A stretch of 63,295 bases of DNA from a virus (lineage: Duplodnaviria; Caudoviricetes): IMG/VR virus record IMGVR_UViG_3300032050_008197, positions 1 to 63,295 of that record, one strand, 5' to 3'. Shown here piece after piece: positions 62,449-63,295 of this stretch. Numbering within the stretch: the first letter of the stretch is position 1; every line of letters begins with the position of its first letter. The notes under the pieces are model-generated. The model was not told where the DNA came from, searched no databases, and saw only the letters and a list, made by a program, of their open reading frames with translations. The position numbers and the translations under genes are program-made.

Positions 62449-63295
62449 AAAAATTCCTGATAACTTTACTATTAGCCGGCTGCTCCTCCGGACAGGTGCA
62501 TGTAGAGAACGATATACTGGCTCAGGGGATTACTAATAACGATAGATATTATACGCATGGAACGAAGTTCTCTTACTATGAAGATGAACCTAATGAGAGA
62601 AAAACCTACTCTCTAGGTCAATCGATTTACACCCCCTCTAAGAAACGTGCAGATGCTTTACCAGAAGACCTTAAGAAAAGCCGGCCATATACGGGTTGGC
62701 TTTATGCTGAATACCGAAACACAATCCTACAAGAAGACAACAACAGTAGAACAGTCTGGGGCCTACAGTTAGGATGCACTGGAAGGTGCTCCCTAGCTAA
62801 AGAAACCCAACAAGGTGTTCATAAGCTACTGGATCAAAGTATTCCAACTTGGGATAAAAACTATTCGTTAAAATCAGAGCCTGGATTTATTTTAGAAAGG
62901 GAGAAATATTATGATCTTTATCAAGCTGTTAATTTTTATTCTGATTATTTTACTCTTCTTAAGACCGGAAACATTATTAATTCTGTCAGCTCTGGCCTTT
63001 CTTTTAAGTATGGAATTAATTTTTCTAGGTTTGAGCCAGAAGACATTACGTTTAAACAGGCTAAAGAAGAGAGCCCGTGGAGCTATTACCTCTTTGGAGA
63101 TGCAGAGGTACGATATATCGCCTACAACCACTTCCTGCAGGGGTCCATGTTCCAAAGCGAAAGACACACAGTAGATGCTAATCCTTTCGTAGGAGAAGCT
63201 AATCTAGGCTTTAGAGTAGGCTACGATAAGTTTAAGTTCTCCTATAACTATACAATGATTACGGATGAGTGGAGCGATCAAGGTGGTCCATTCAT
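62445..63295 (+). CDS. lpxR: Lipid A 3'-O-deacylase LpxR-family outer-membrane beta-barrel, 5' part; continues across the junction to a stop at 225-227; 292 aa in total
   Basis: Manual translation: MKKFLITLLLAGC...VENDIL...NNDRYYTHG...LGQSIYTP...RPYTGWLY...LGCTGRCSLAKETQQGVH...YNHFLQGS...FGGIDISW*. The END, DRYYTxG, GQxIYTP, RPYxGWLY and QxxxH motifs and the aromatic C-terminus are typical of LpxR/DUF2219. The ATG overlaps the upstream TGA (ATGA). Confidence 0.85.
   Translation, partial: MKKFLITLLLAGCSSGQVHVENDILAQGITNNDRYYTHGTKFSYYEDEPNERKTYSLGQSIYTPSKKRADALPEDLKKSRPYTGWLYAEYRNTILQEDNNSRTVWGLQLGCTGRCSLAKETQQGVHKLLDQSIPTWDKNYSLKSEPGFILEREKYYDLYQAVNFYSDYFTLLKTGNIINSVSSGLSFKYGINFSRFEPEDITFKQAKEESPWSYYLFGDAEVRYIAYNHFLQGSMFQSERHTVDANPFVGEANLGFRVGYDKFKFSYNYTMITDEWSDQGGPF
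63097..63295. repeat. Terminal direct repeat, right copy (circular overlap)
   Basis: Matches 1-199 except at 63224, 63269 and 63287. Confidence 0.97.

Noticed and set aside
62892-63174. ORF-track entries 62911-63174(+) and 62892-63167(-)
   Set aside because: They are shadows of the LpxR-family frame, which has family motifs and synonymous-only variation.
1-63295. Stop-codon reassignment suggested by frequent TAG/CTAG
   Set aside because: Standard-code ORFs tile the genome densely, core genes are unbroken, and there is no suppressor tRNA.

Overview
The window is an essentially complete ~63.1 kb genome of a tailed dsDNA phage with podovirus-like organisation. Bases 1-199 recur at 63097-63295 with 3 mismatches, so the contig is a circular permutation. 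The minus strand from 634 to ~32800 carries the virion module: four large ejected/internal proteins (one with two ADP-ribosyltransferase-like domains, one with a lytic transglycosylase), tail tube proteins, three paralogous Cys-rich fibres, an M15 endolysin, capsid, scaffold, portal and tRNA-Asn. The terminase large subunit is inverted on the plus strand. A sigma70-driven early region (33.2-39.1 kb) holds small genes separated by a family of RNase III-like hairpins. It is followed by an iteron-rich putative origin beside a primase-helicase, then a plus-strand replication/accessory arm: SNF2 helicase, glycosyltransferases, N6-A methyltransferase, Cas4-like exonuclease, SSB, GroES, Acb2/Tad1-like protein, papain-like peptidase, PolA and lipoproteins. 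Highlights: (1) a 430-nt ncRNA array between SSB and groES containing a canonical type I hammerhead ribozyme and a C4-like three-way-junction RNA, whose exposed loop is complementary to an AACGGTAAG(A) motif at the translation starts of five of the phage's own genes; (2) an LpxR-family lipid A deacylase gene that spans the contig junction and is missing from the ORF track; (3) strong enrichment of GCCGGC/RCCGGY. No integrase, RNA polymerase, CRISPR array or reverse transcriptase was seen. All protein calls come from motif recognition by eye, not from database searches.
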